This document shows positions 1-9,854 of a stretch of DNA of 64,000 nt, piece by piece (the first letter of the stretch is position 1; every line of letters begins with the position of its first letter). Below the pieces are notes generated by a model. It made no database searches. It was not told the DNA's origin and worked only from the letters and a program-made list of their open reading frames with translations. The position numbers and the translations under genes are program-made. Origin of the DNA: Lautropia sp. (lineage in GTDB: Bacteria; Pseudomonadota; Gammaproteobacteria; Burkholderiales; Burkholderiaceae_E); assembly GCA_030532425.1 (NCBI GenBank), contig JAUNLD010000005.1, positions 7,670 to 71,669 of the forward strand. The letters run 5' to 3'.

Positions 1-33
1 AATGCCGGGGTTGGGATCAGGCACTAGCGGGCC

Positions 34-1896
34 TTAGCCAAGACGCTTTTCGAGGCGCTGGCGGATTTCTTTCAGTTTGGCCGGCAGGCGCTCACCCAGG
101 CGCTCGAACAGCTGATCGTGCTGCTGGAATTCGGCACGAACCTTGTCGGCGTCGATCGTGGTGATCTGCTTGTAGTTCGCTTCGCTGAAGTCCAGGCCGT
201 CCCAGTGCAGGTCGCCATAGGCAGGGGTGATGCCGAAGACCTGTTCGGTGCCTTTGCCCTTGCCTTCGAGGCAGTCCAGCATCCACTTCAGCACGCGCAT
301 GTTGTCACCGAAGCCTGGCCAGATGAAGCGGCCCTGGTCGTCGGTGCGGAACCAGTTCACGTTGAAGATCGGCGGGATCTTGGCGCCTTTCTTTTCCAGC
401 CACTGACCGAGATCCAGCCAGTGCTGGAAGTAATCGCCCATGTTGTAACCGCAGAAGGGCAGCATGGCGAAGGGGTCACGGCGGACGATGCCCTGCTTGC
501 CACCGGCAGCCGCCGTGGTTTCGGAGCCCATCGTGGCGGCCAGGTAGACACCCTCTTCCCAGGTACGGGTCTTGGTGACGAGGGGGATGGTGTCGGAGCG
601 GCGGCCGCCAAAGATGAAGGCATCGATCGGCACGCCTGCCGGGTCATCCCAGGCCGGGTCGACGGCAGGGTTGTTGGTGGCTGCGGTGGTGAAGCGCGAG
701 TTGGCGTGGGCTGCCTTGCGACCATTCTTGCCGTCGGCAGGGGTCCAGTCGTTGCCCTGCCAGTCGATCAGGTGGGCCGGGGGCTCGCTCAGGCCTTCCC
801 ACCAGACGTCGCCGTCATCGGTCAGGGCCACATTGGTGAACAGCACGTTTTCCTGGACGGCGGCGATGCAGTTCGGGTTGCTCTTGCCGTTGGTGCCCGG
901 GGCGACGCCGAAATAGCCGGCTTCCGGGTTGATGGCCAGCAGGCGGCCGTTGGCATCCGGCTTGATCCAGGCAATGTCGTCACCCACGGTGGTGACTTTC
1001 CAGCCCTCGAAGCCCTTGGGCGGGATCAGCATGGCAAAGTTGGTCTTGCCGCAGGCCGAGGGGAAGGCGGCCGCGACGTGATACTTCTTGCCTTCGGGTG
1101 AGGTGACGCCGAGGATCAGCATGTGTTCGGCCAGCCAGCCGGGGTTGTCACCGGAAGCGGCCTTCTTGCCCATGCTGGAGGCGATGCGCAGGGCAAAGCA
1201 CTTCTTGCCGAGCAGGGCATTGCCGCCGTAACCCGAACCGTAGGACCAGATTTCGCGGGTTTCGGGGAAGTGGACGATGTACTTTTCGGGATTGCAGGGC
1301 CAGGGCACCTCGTCGACGCCTTCAAGCAGCGGCATGCCGACGCTGTGGACGGCGGGCACGAAGTCTCCGTCTTCACCCAGCACATCCCAGACGGCCTTGC
1401 CCATGCGGGTCATGATGCGCATGCTGGCGACGACGTACGGGGAGTCGGTCAGCTCGATGCCGATGTGGGCGATGTCGCTGCCCAGGGGGCCCATCGAGAA
1501 GGGCACGACATACATCGTGCGGCCCCGCATGCACCCCTTGAAAAGCTGCTGGAGGGTTGCCCGCATCTGGGCTGGATCGACCCAGTTGTTGGTCGGGCCC
1601 GCGTCGATCTTCTGTTCGCTGCAGATGAAGGTGCGATCCTCGACCCGCGCCACGTCCGACGGGTTCGAGCGGGCGAGATAGGAGCCGGGGCGCTTGGCAG
1701 GATTCAGCTTGATGAGAGTGCCGCGGTCCACCATTTCGGCGCAGAGGCGGTCGTATTCTTCCTGGCTGCCATCAGCCCAGACCACGTTGGCCGGCTGGGT
1801 CAGGGCGACGATCTCCTTGATCCAGTTGATGATGCCGGTGTGCTTCACCTCTGGCGGGACGTTGCCAATATCTGTGGCCGGCGATTCTTGAGTCAT
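34..1896 (-). CDS. pckG: Phosphoenolpyruvate carboxykinase (GTP)
   Basis: 620-aa ORF with GTP-PEPCK motifs: [28 protein letters not shown] (P-loop), [20 protein letters not shown]. Confidence 0.97.
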   Translation of the reverse strand: MTQESPATDIGNVPPEVKHTGIINWIKEIVALTQPANVVWADGSQEEYDRLCAEMVDRGTLIKLNPAKRPGSYLARSNPSDVARVEDRTFICSEQKIDAGPTNNWVDPAQMRATLQQLFKGCMRGRTMYVVPFSMGPLGSDIAHIGIELTDSPYVVASMRIMTRMGKAVWDVLGEDGDFVPAVHSVGMPLLEGVDEVPWPCNPEKYIVHFPETREIWSYGSGYGGNALLGKKCFALRIASSMGKKAASGDNPGWLAEHMLILGVTSPEGKKYHVAAAFPSACGKTNFAMLIPPKGFEGWKVTTVGDDIAWIKPDANGRLLAINPEAGYFGVAPGTNGKSNPNCIAAVQENVLFTNVALTDDGDVWWEGLSEPPAHLIDWQGNDWTPADGKNGRKAAHANSRFTTAATNNPAVDPAWDDPAGVPIDAFIFGGRRSDTIPLVTKTRTWEEGVYLAATMGSETTAAAGGKQGIVRRDPFAMLPFCGYNMGDYFQHWLDLGQWLEKKGAKIPPIFNVNWFRTDDQGRFIWPGFGDNMRVLKWMLDCLEGKGKGTEQVFGITPAYGDLHWDGLDFSEANYKQITTIDADKVRAEFQQHDQLFERLGERLPAKLKEIRQRLEKRLG

Positions 1897-2541
1897 GTCG
1901 GTTCCTTTGGTTCAGGGTCATCAGAAAAACTGCGAATCCTGTCGTGGCGCATGAAGGAACCCAGGCCTTGCGGCACCCTCCTTTGCAGCCGGAACCTCTT
2001 GAACAGCCATCCCGGCCGGGGCCCTTCCATTGAAGCCATGTCACTTTGGTAATCGTATGCCTTTTGGCGGATAGAAGCTATTGATGCCCGACAAGCCAGA
2101 GGAGGTTCCTCTGGGGATTGGCAGAAAAGTTCAGCTTCTGTTGACAAAGTTCATCTGGGCGATGCAAGCCTGTTGCCAAAAGGCAACGTCAATGGCGTGT
2201 GAAAGTATCGTCAGGCGTGATCTGGGAGGCGGGGGTACACGCCGGCTTCCTGGAGGGAACGACGCAGGATCAGGTGAGGGGGAGGCGGACGCTGTGTGCC
2301 GGTTGGCCTGCCTTGCTGGCAGGGCAACGGGGCAGGGCTGGTAGCAGGACAGGTAAGCAGAGCAGGCAGAAGATGGCTTTGGGTAACATCGGGGCAAAAG
2401 CGGTTGGCGCGTTGTGATGGCGGGGAGCAGGCGTTTCACCTCTCGCCATGTAAGTAAGTGCTTGCTTTTGATTGAAGGGTCTTTTTGAGGAGCAGGGCTG
2501 TGAGCGACGGGATGAAGCATGGCGGGAAACGGGGGGCATCC

Positions 2542-3819
2542 ATGGCTGCCGGGGCGAGTGGAGCGGTGGATGTGCTGGCAGGGCGTAACGGTTCAGCCGG
2601 GGAGCCCGGGGCAGGGGAGGGGGGCCGTTGGCAGTGTCGCTCGCACGAGCTGATCGAGACAGGGCGCCGTATCAGTCGGGCGATTCCGGTCGTGAATCCG
2701 CCGGTGGTGCGGGCCTCCAGCGTGATCTTCGATTCGTTGGCCCAGATCAGCGAAGTAAGTAGTCACACAGGCCGGGGGGAGCGCCATTATTCGACCTATG
2801 GCACAGCCGGAACCGAGACGACGCATGCCTTGATGGATGCGGTGGCCGAGCTGGAAGGGGCACTGCATCCGGTGCGGGCAGCGTTGATGTCGACGGGCCT
2901 GCTGGCGATTTCGACAGCGATGTGGGCATTCACTAGCCCTGGTGATGAAGTGTTGATGAGCGACTCGGTCTATGGTCCGGCACGGGAGTTTGCCGATGGC
3001 CTGCTGGCGCGTTTCGGGGTGCGCACGATCTATTTCGATCCGCTGGCCACACCCGAGGACCTGGAAAAGTTAGTGAGTGCTCGCACTCGAATGATCTACC
3101 TGGAAAGCCCGGGCAGCTATACCTTCGAGGTGCAGGACGTGCCGGCGATCTGCGCCTGGGCACGGCAGCGCGGCATCCTCACGGCGATCGACAATACCTA
3201 TGCCTCGCCGCGATTGGCGCGCCCCTTCGATTGGGGCGTCGATATCTCGATCATTGCACTGACCAAGTACTGGTGTGGTCACGCCGACGTGCTGATGGGG
3301 GCGGTGGTGGTGCGCGAAGCCCTGTGGCTGCAACTCTGGCGAACGGTCCGGCTGCTGGGTGTGGCCGTGGGAGGGGATGAGGCCTGGCTGGTCCTGCGCG
3401 GCCTGAGGACGCTGGATGCGCGTCTGGTGCAGCATGAGCAGACCGCGCTGGCGGTGGCGCGCTGGCTGGAAACCCAGCCGGACGTTGTGCGCGTGCTACA
3501 CCCCGGGTTGCCCAGCCATCCGCAACACCAACGTTTTCAGCGGGACTTTCTGGGGAGCAACGGCTTGTTCTCCTTTGAGCTGAAGCCGGTGTCCGAAGCG
3601 GCGGTGGCGGCCCTGTGCAATGGCCGGCGCCATTTCTCGCTGGGGTTTTCGTGGGGCGGATTCGAGAGTCTCATCATGCCGGCCCATTTGCAGGGGGTGC
3701 GATCGGTGCAGCCGTGGACGGGCGGGCCGCTGATCCGCATTCACTGTGGGCTGGAGCCGGCTTCCGTGCTGATTGCCGATTTGCAGGAAGGGCTGGAGGC
3801 GATGCGGGCGGCGAACTGA
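2542..3819 (+). CDS. metC: Cystathionine beta-lyase (Cys/Met metabolism PLP enzyme)
   Basis: Motifs VNPPVVRASSVIF, YLESPGS, IDNTY, LTKYWCGHADV (PLP lysine), GFSWGGFESL. Start set at ATG 2542 (uncertain). Confidence 0.9.
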   Translation: MAAGASGAVDVLAGRNGSAGEPGAGEGGRWQCRSHELIETGRRISRAIPVVNPPVVRASSVIFDSLAQISEVSSHTGRGERHYSTYGTAGTETTHALMDAVAELEGALHPVRAALMSTGLLAISTAMWAFTSPGDEVLMSDSVYGPAREFADGLLARFGVRTIYFDPLATPEDLEKLVSARTRMIYLESPGSYTFEVQDVPAICAWARQRGILTAIDNTYASPRLARPFDWGVDISIIALTKYWCGHADVLMGAVVVREALWLQLWRTVRLLGVAVGGDEAWLVLRGLRTLDARLVQHEQTALAVARWLETQPDVVRVLHPGLPSHPQHQRFQRDFLGSNGLFSFELKPVSEAAVAALCNGRRHFSLGFSWGGFESLIMPAHLQGVRSVQPWTGGPLIRIHCGLEPASVLIADLQEGLEAMRAAN

Positions 3820-4019
3820 GAGCTGGAGGGCACTGTCGGCGTCAAATGACGCCGGCGAGCGGACCTCTGACAAAGGAAGGGGGGCGCGGGCGTCGGGTGC
3901 GCGTGGGCCTCTGCCAACTATTTACACCCGAGTGACGGATAAATTGACGATAATTTGATGGATCGACCGTTTTACGGGCACGGCTCCGTCTGTCATGAGT
4001 CAGTGCTTACTAACCATAG

Positions 4020-5159
4020 GTGAATGTGATGACGCCTTCCGGCTTGCTGCCCATCGACCAACTCATCAATCAGGATCTGGATGACCTGATCCGCAAGGCC
4101 CGCCCGCAGTATGAGGCGATGGCAGGCCATCAGGTCTGGCTGACCGGTGGGGCCGGCTTCCTGGGTTACTACCTGGTGCTGTCGATCGGGCACTGGAACA
4201 AGACGGCCCCGGCCGACAAGAAGATCCGGCTGACGGTGCTGGACAACTATGTGCGTGGCGTGCCGGCCTGGCTGGAAGGGGCCAAGTCGGACGAGATCGT
4301 GCTGCGCAAGCACGATGTGACGCACCCGATTCCGGCAGACCTGCCACCGGCCAATTTCATCATCCACGCTGCCTCGATCGCCTCGCCGATGTACTACCGG
4401 AAGTATCCGCTGGAGACGATCGACGCGAACGTGAACGGCCTTCGGCTGATGCTCGACTACGCGGCCGAGCGCAACCAGAAGGAGCCCGGCTCGATGAAGG
4501 GCTTCCTGTTCTTCTCGACCAGCGAGATCTATGGTGATCCGACGCCGGATGCGATCCCCACGCCGGAAACCTATCGTGGCCTGGTCTCGTGCACCGGTCC
4601 GCGTGCCTGCTACGACGAATCGAAGCGGGTGGGTGAGACGCTGTGCGTGCTCTATGCCCAGAACAAGGGGGTGCCGGTGTCGCAGGCGCGGCCTTTCAAC
4701 AACTATGGTCCGGGCCTGAAGATCACTGACGGCCGGGTGCTGCCCGACTTCGCCCGGGACGTGCTGGCCGGCCGCGACATCGTGATGCTGTCCGACGGTT
4801 CGCCGACCCGTACCTTCTGCTACATCACGGATGCGTTGTCGGGCTATCTGCGGGTGCTGGTCAACGGCCGCCGTGGCGAACCGTACAACATCGGCATCGA
4901 GACGCCGGAGATCACGATGCGCGAGCTGGCCGAGAAGGTTCGCAAGCTGGCCAATGAGCTGTGGGGCTATGAAGGCAAGGTCATCCACAAGCTGTCGGAC
5001 GAGGGCGAGGTCTATCTGGCCGACAACCCGAACCGCCGCTGCCCGATCATCACGAAGGCGCGCACCGAGCTGGGTTATGCACCGGAGGTCGATGTCGACA
5101 CGGGTCTGCGCCGCATCCTGAACTGGTATTACTTCAACCGCGAAGCCGAGGCTGCGTAA
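4020..5159 (+). CDS. NAD-dependent epimerase/dehydratase, UDP-glucuronate decarboxylase (UXS)-like
   Basis: TGGAGFLG, HAASIASP, STSEIYGDP, GPRACYDESKR, RPFNNYGP, TRTFCYITD are typical of the UXS subfamily. Start GTG 4020 or ATG 4029. Confidence 0.85.
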   Translation: MNVMTPSGLLPIDQLINQDLDDLIRKARPQYEAMAGHQVWLTGGAGFLGYYLVLSIGHWNKTAPADKKIRLTVLDNYVRGVPAWLEGAKSDEIVLRKHDVTHPIPADLPPANFIIHAASIASPMYYRKYPLETIDANVNGLRLMLDYAAERNQKEPGSMKGFLFFSTSEIYGDPTPDAIPTPETYRGLVSCTGPRACYDESKRVGETLCVLYAQNKGVPVSQARPFNNYGPGLKITDGRVLPDFARDVLAGRDIVMLSDGSPTRTFCYITDALSGYLRVLVNGRRGEPYNIGIETPEITMRELAEKVRKLANELWGYEGKVIHKLSDEGEVYLADNPNRRCPIITKARTELGYAPEVDVDTGLRRILNWYYFNREAEAA

Positions 5160-6559
5160 TGAAACTGTGTGTGGTTGGGACCGGCTATGTCGGTCTGGTG
5201 TCTGGTACCTGCCTGGCGTCGGTTGGGCATGAGGTCGCCTGCGTCGATGTCGATCCGGCCAAGGTTGAGCGCATCAACCGGGGCGAGCCCCCGATCCACG
5301 AGGAAGGGCTGGAAGAACTGCTGAAGGCCAATGTGGGCAAGCGCTTGCGCGCCACGACCTCGCTGGCCGAGGCGATGGAAGGAGCCGACGTCGCCCTGAT
5401 CTGCGTCGGCACGCCTTTCGATGGCAAGCTGATCGACCTGAGCTATGTGCTGCAGGTCTCGCGCGAGATCGGTCAGGTGCTGAAGGCGCAGGCCGAGGCG
5501 GCCCGGGCCGCGGGCCGTGAGCCGCATTATTGCGTGGTGACGGTCAAGAGCACCGTGGTGCCGGGTACCACCGACACGGCAGTGCGCCAGGCGATCGAAG
5601 AGGTGTCGGGGCTGAAGGCCGGCAAGGATTTTGGCCTGGGCATGAATCCGGAGTTTCTGGCCGAAGGGGTGGCCGTCAAGGATTTTCAGCAGCCGGACCG
5701 GATCGTGGTCGGTGGCATCGATGCGCGCAGCACGAAGCAGCTGGCCGAGATGTACGCGATGTTCAAGAACACGCCGATCATCCAGACCACGCCGCGCACG
5801 GCCGAGATGATCAAGTACACCTCGAATGCCTTCATGGCGACGATGATCTCGTTCTCGAACGAGATCGCCCGCATCTGTGACGGCATTGGCGAGCTGGATG
5901 CGGCCGAGGTCTTCAAGGGGCTGCACCTGATGAAGCACCTGATCTACCGTGATGGTGCCGGTCAGCTGAAGGTGGCGGGGGCGTCGTCCTTCCTGTGGGC
6001 AGGCTGCGGGTTTGGTGGCAGCTGCTTCCCCAAGGATGTGAAGGCCATCACGGCGCATGCCGCTCACCGTGGCGTCGAGACGCCGATGCTGGATGCCGTG
6101 CTGTCGACCAACAAGACGCAGCCTGCGCAGATGTTGCGCCTGCTGAAGGAACAGCTGGGCGATGACCTGAAGGGCAGGCAGGTGACGGTGCTGGGTGTGG
6201 CTTTCAAACCGGGGACCGATGATGTGCGTGAATCGCCGGCCTTGCCGGTCATTGATGCTCTGGTGCGGGAAGGGGCGAAAGTGATTGCTCACGATCCCAT
6301 TGCGGTCGAGACAGGGCCGAAGGCGCTGCGCGAGTTCGGTGTGGCCGATGGCAGCTACACGTTCCAGCCGTCGCTGGAAGAGGCACTGGCGCCGGCCGAA
6401 GCGGTGGTGCTGATTACCAGCTGGCCCGAGTACAAGGCCGTGCCGGAGATGCAGGCCAGGGCGGGCCGGCAGGCGGTGCCGCTGGTCGATGGTCGCCGCT
6501 TCATCCCGCGGGATGCCCTGCCGCAGTACAGCGGTATCGGTCTGTCGCTGAAGGGGTAA
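5159..6559 (+). CDS. ugd: UDP-glucose 6-dehydrogenase (UDP-glucose/GDP-mannose dehydrogenase family)
   Basis: GTGYVGL, KSTVVPGT, NPEFLAEG, GFGGSCFPKD (catalytic Cys), AFKPGTDDVRESPA. TAATG overlap with the upstream stop. Confidence 0.93.
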   Translation: MKLCVVGTGYVGLVSGTCLASVGHEVACVDVDPAKVERINRGEPPIHEEGLEELLKANVGKRLRATTSLAEAMEGADVALICVGTPFDGKLIDLSYVLQVSREIGQVLKAQAEAARAAGREPHYCVVTVKSTVVPGTTDTAVRQAIEEVSGLKAGKDFGLGMNPEFLAEGVAVKDFQQPDRIVVGGIDARSTKQLAEMYAMFKNTPIIQTTPRTAEMIKYTSNAFMATMISFSNEIARICDGIGELDAAEVFKGLHLMKHLIYRDGAGQLKVAGASSFLWAGCGFGGSCFPKDVKAITAHAAHRGVETPMLDAVLSTNKTQPAQMLRLLKEQLGDDLKGRQVTVLGVAFKPGTDDVRESPALPVIDALVREGAKVIAHDPIAVETGPKALREFGVADGSYTFQPSLEEALAPAEAVVLITSWPEYKAVPEMQARAGRQAVPLVDGRRFIPRDALPQYSGIGLSLKG

Positions 6560-6565
6560 AGCCTG

Positions 6566-6606
6566 AGGGCAAGCCTGGGCGGTGCCGGGCCAGGGCTTTT
6601 TGCCCT
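6566..6606 (+). terminator. Probable intrinsic terminator after ugd
   Basis: Imperfect hairpin (AGGGCAAGCCTGG...CCAGGGC) followed by TTTTT just after the stop codon. Confidence 0.45.
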
Positions 6607-6763
6607 GGGGCCCGGTTCCAGCCAGACCTGACAGCCATGAACAGGACGGCGGCCAATCTGGCCGCCGTTATCGTTTGCGAGGGCTACATCGGCCGTCGCG
6701 CGCGGCAGAGGGAGGCGGGGCGCCGTCAGCGTTTGAGCCGACGGCATGTACGGCTGGGATGGA

Positions 6764-7231
6764 TCAGCTGTTGTCGACGCCGTGGTTGCGAACCACCAGC
6801 AGGTCGATGTTGGCGCTGCTGAGCAGGCGGCGGGTGGCGCTGCCCAGCAGCAGGGCGCTGAGGCCGCCGCGGCCGTGCGAGGCGACCACGATCAGATCGG
6901 CCTGCTTGTCCCTGGCGATCTTGATGAGGCCGTCGGCCGGCTCGTCGGCTACTTCAAAAGCTGTTTCGGGGTGCAGCCCTGCCTGCTGGGCGACGTCGGT
7001 GGCGGCTTTCAGGATTTCTTCGGCTGCGGTGCGGACGTGCTCGTCGTGGGCGTCGGCGGTGACGTAGTTGTTGGGGACCAGATCGCCCGCATAGAGGGGC
7101 GGCGTGTAGGGCGCACCGACATGGGCAATGACGACAGAGGCTTTGAGGGCACTGGCCAGATCGACGCCAGCCTTGACTGCATGGTCGGACAGGGGCGATC
7201 CATCGGTAGCAATCAGGACTCGTTTGTACAT
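6764..7231 (-). CDS. Universal stress protein (UspA family)
   Basis: MYKRVLIATDGS and ADLIVVASHGRGGLSALLLGSAT motifs; AGGAG RBS upstream. Confidence 0.95.
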   Translation of the reverse strand: MYKRVLIATDGSPLSDHAVKAGVDLASALKASVVIAHVGAPYTPPLYAGDLVPNNYVTADAHDEHVRTAAEEILKAATDVAQQAGLHPETAFEVADEPADGLIKIARDKQADLIVVASHGRGGLSALLLGSATRRLLSSANIDLLVVRNHGVDNS

Positions 7232-7365
7232 GAGCTAGGTCTCCTTTGAGGCGGACGGCGGCGCGTTGCCGCGCTGCCTTCACGGGTAAGCGTCTACTAC
7301 CTGCCTACAGCATAGATCAGTTTGTGGATACGGAGGCGAATAGGCCTGGCGAATCGTCCAGATCG

Positions 7366-7379
7366 TTGCTTTTTGTCAA
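7366..7379 (-). promoter_or_regulatory. FNR-like box upstream of the USP gene
   Basis: TTGAC-AAAA-AGCAA on the minus strand, 8/10 match to TTGAT-N4-ATCAA. Confidence 0.4.
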
Positions 7380-7638
7380 AGAGGATGGGCTGGCCGCCTT
7401 GAGGCGCTTCCGATTGTCGGCGCCGGGCATGTGCGCTCCGGCTGTTGCGTCTCGATGGGTGCGTTCCGGTTTGTCATGTCCCGGTGGTTTTGTTCTTGCC
7501 GCTGAGTTTTGGTAGCGGCACGCCGGTGGTGACATCCCGATGGCTGCGTCCTTGCTCCTGCTGTCCTGGCTTCTACCGTGCCGGTTCCTGCGGTTCCTGC
7601 TGCTGCGGTCCCGCATTCTGTGGTCCCGGCGGTGGCGT

Positions 7639-9447
7639 TCAGGAGGCCGGCAGGGGTTGAGGGGCGAAGCAGGTGCTGTGGCGCAGCCGGGTGAGCAGGT
7701 TGTCGGCCGACATCGGTGGGCAGAACAGATTGCCTTGCAGGGTGCATTGCGGGCTGGCTTCCTGCAGGCAGTTGAACTCTTCGGTGCGTTCGATGCCTTC
7801 GGCGACCGCATCGAGCTTCAGGCCGCTGGCCAGTGCCAGGATGGCGTGGACGATGGCTTTGGAGACGGATTGATGGGGCAGCCCCTGGATGAAGCTGCGG
7901 TCGATCTTGATCTCGTCGAAGGGCAGGGTGTGCAGGTAGGTGAGGGAGGAGTAGCCGGTGCCGAAGTCGTCGAGCGAGAGTTTGAGGCCCAGCTCTTTCA
8001 GGGCGTTGATGAGCAGGCGGGCCTGATCGCCGTTTTCGACCAGCAGGGTTTCGGTGAGTTCGAGGGTGAGCTGTTCGGGGGGCAGGCCGCTCTGGCGGAG
8101 GGCCTGTTCGACGGTGGCGACGAGGTTGCCGCGCAGGGTCTGGGCGGCCGAGATGTTGACGGCGATTTTCAGGGGCGGCAGGCCGGCGTCCATCCAGGCG
8201 CGCCCTTGCTGGCAGGCGGTTTCGAGGGCCCAGGCGCCGATTTCGGCGATCTGGCCGGAGCGCTCGGCAATGGGCACGAAGTGCTCGGGCAGGATCAGGC
8301 CCCGGTCGCGGTGATACCAGCGGATCAGGGCTTCGACGCCGGTGATCCGCAGGCTTTGGCTGCAGATCTTGGGTTGGTAGACCAGTTGCAGTTCGTTGTG
8401 GCGGATGGCATGGCGCAGGTGGTTTTCGAGGGCCAGGGCGTTGATGCCGATGCTTTGCTGACTGGGATCGAAGTATTCGGTGCGGTGGCCGCCGCGTCGC
8501 TTGGCGACGGCCAGTGCGCGCTCGGCACTGCGGGTGAGCTGGTCGTGATCGCGGGCATGGTCGGGGAACACGGCCAGGCCGATGCTGGCCGAGATGAACA
8601 GTTCCTTGCCTTCCAGATGCAGGGGCAGTGCCAGGGTGCGTTGCAGCGCCTGCAGGCATTCGTCGTGTACGGGGTCACCGGGGCGTCCGGGCAGCAGTGC
8701 CATGAAGCGGTCGGCGCCGGTGCGTGCCAGCCACGGGCTGCTGCTGAGGCTGGGACGGCGGCGTTCGGGGCCGGTGAAGCGGGTGACGATGTCGTTGAGA
8801 CGCTGGCTGACGGCCTTGAGGAAGGCGTCGCCTATGCGGTGGCCCAGGCTGTCGTTGAGCTGCCGGAAGCGGTCGAGATCCAGCAGCATCAGCGTGTGTG
8901 AGCGTGCAGGCATGCGCAGCACCACTTCGAGGCGACGCATGAAGCCGCTGCGGTTGCTCAGGCCGGTGAGCAGGTCCTGCTTGAGCAGACGGTCACGGTA
9001 GAGCTTGAGTGCCAGGCTCTGGCGCAGTTTGAGGACGAGGGCGGCGCGGTCCAGTGGTTTGAACAGGACATCGGCCAGGTTCAGGCGGAGGGCGTGCTGC
9101 CAGAGGTCGTGATCGGGGCCGGAGGCCAGCAGGATGATCGACAGGTGTTGCCAGGCGGGGTCCTTGAGGCGGGCGGATAGCCAGGCCAGCGCGGTCTGGT
9201 CACAGGGATCAAGGCTGACCAGCATCAGCGCCGGGGCAGGATGGGTACTGATGAACTGTTCGGCTGCCGGGAAATTGTTGGCGATGTGCAGTTCGCCCAG
9301 TCTTTCTTCGTGCAGGGTCTGTCGGACGATCTCCTGGGTGACGGGATCGGCGTCCAGCAGCAGCACGGTGGTCTGCTTCAGGATCAGGACATCTTCACTG
9401 CGGTTGGTGTGGTTGGTACCAACGCTGATGTGGACCTCGGGTTTCAC
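7639..9447 (-). CDS. Receiver-like / degenerate GGDEF / EAL protein (probable c-di-GMP phosphodiesterase)
   Basis: N-terminal REC-like region (LFKPL); GGDEF region DLLTGLSNR...LDLDRFRQLNDSLGHRIGD with ARTGADRF at the active site; intact EAL domain (YQPKI, VEALIRW, LELTET, DDFGTGYSSL, KIDRSF, VAEGIE). Confidence 0.92.
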   Translation of the reverse strand: MKPEVHISVGTNHTNRSEDVLILKQTTVLLLDADPVTQEIVRQTLHEERLGELHIANNFPAAEQFISTHPAPALMLVSLDPCDQTALAWLSARLKDPAWQHLSIILLASGPDHDLWQHALRLNLADVLFKPLDRAALVLKLRQSLALKLYRDRLLKQDLLTGLSNRSGFMRRLEVVLRMPARSHTLMLLDLDRFRQLNDSLGHRIGDAFLKAVSQRLNDIVTRFTGPERRRPSLSSSPWLARTGADRFMALLPGRPGDPVHDECLQALQRTLALPLHLEGKELFISASIGLAVFPDHARDHDQLTRSAERALAVAKRRGGHRTEYFDPSQQSIGINALALENHLRHAIRHNELQLVYQPKICSQSLRITGVEALIRWYHRDRGLILPEHFVPIAERSGQIAEIGAWALETACQQGRAWMDAGLPPLKIAVNISAAQTLRGNLVATVEQALRQSGLPPEQLTLELTETLLVENGDQARLLINALKELGLKLSLDDFGTGYSSLTYLHTLPFDEIKIDRSFIQGLPHQSVSKAIVHAILALASGLKLDAVAEGIERTEEFNCLQEASPQCTLQGNLFCPPMSADNLLTRLRHSTCFAPQPLPAS

Positions 9448-9854
9448 CGATGCACGCAGCGCTGCCTGGGGCAGCGCATCCCTGTGAAAAGGTTAAGGAT
9501 GACAGATTGGCCGACAGATTACCGCAGGTGGGTGCCGTTGGTGTCAATCGCTCGTCGCCGCTGCTTTCTCTGGCGCCACCGCAGCTGCGGGAGGGAGCGG
9601 GACGAAATGCGGATCGGCAGCGGATTATATCTATTTATGACAAAAGGTAAGCGATCGCTGGGCGTCTTTGGGGCGTAACGGGGGAGTAATGGGGGTGTAA
9701 TGGGAGGATACCGGGGGCATACCCGGGAGGCATGCCGGGGAGGGGGCCGGGGAGCATGCCGGGGGAGGCAGGGAGCATGCTGGAGGGGACGCTCGTGGCC
9801 GCCTGGGCGGCCACGTTTGCTGCGGCTGCCTGCGGCAGCGGCCGGGATCCGCAC

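Noticed and set aside
7323-7331. DnaA-box-like GTATCCACA (minus strand)
   Set aside because: Single one-mismatch copy with no cluster, AT-rich unwinding element or oriC gene context.
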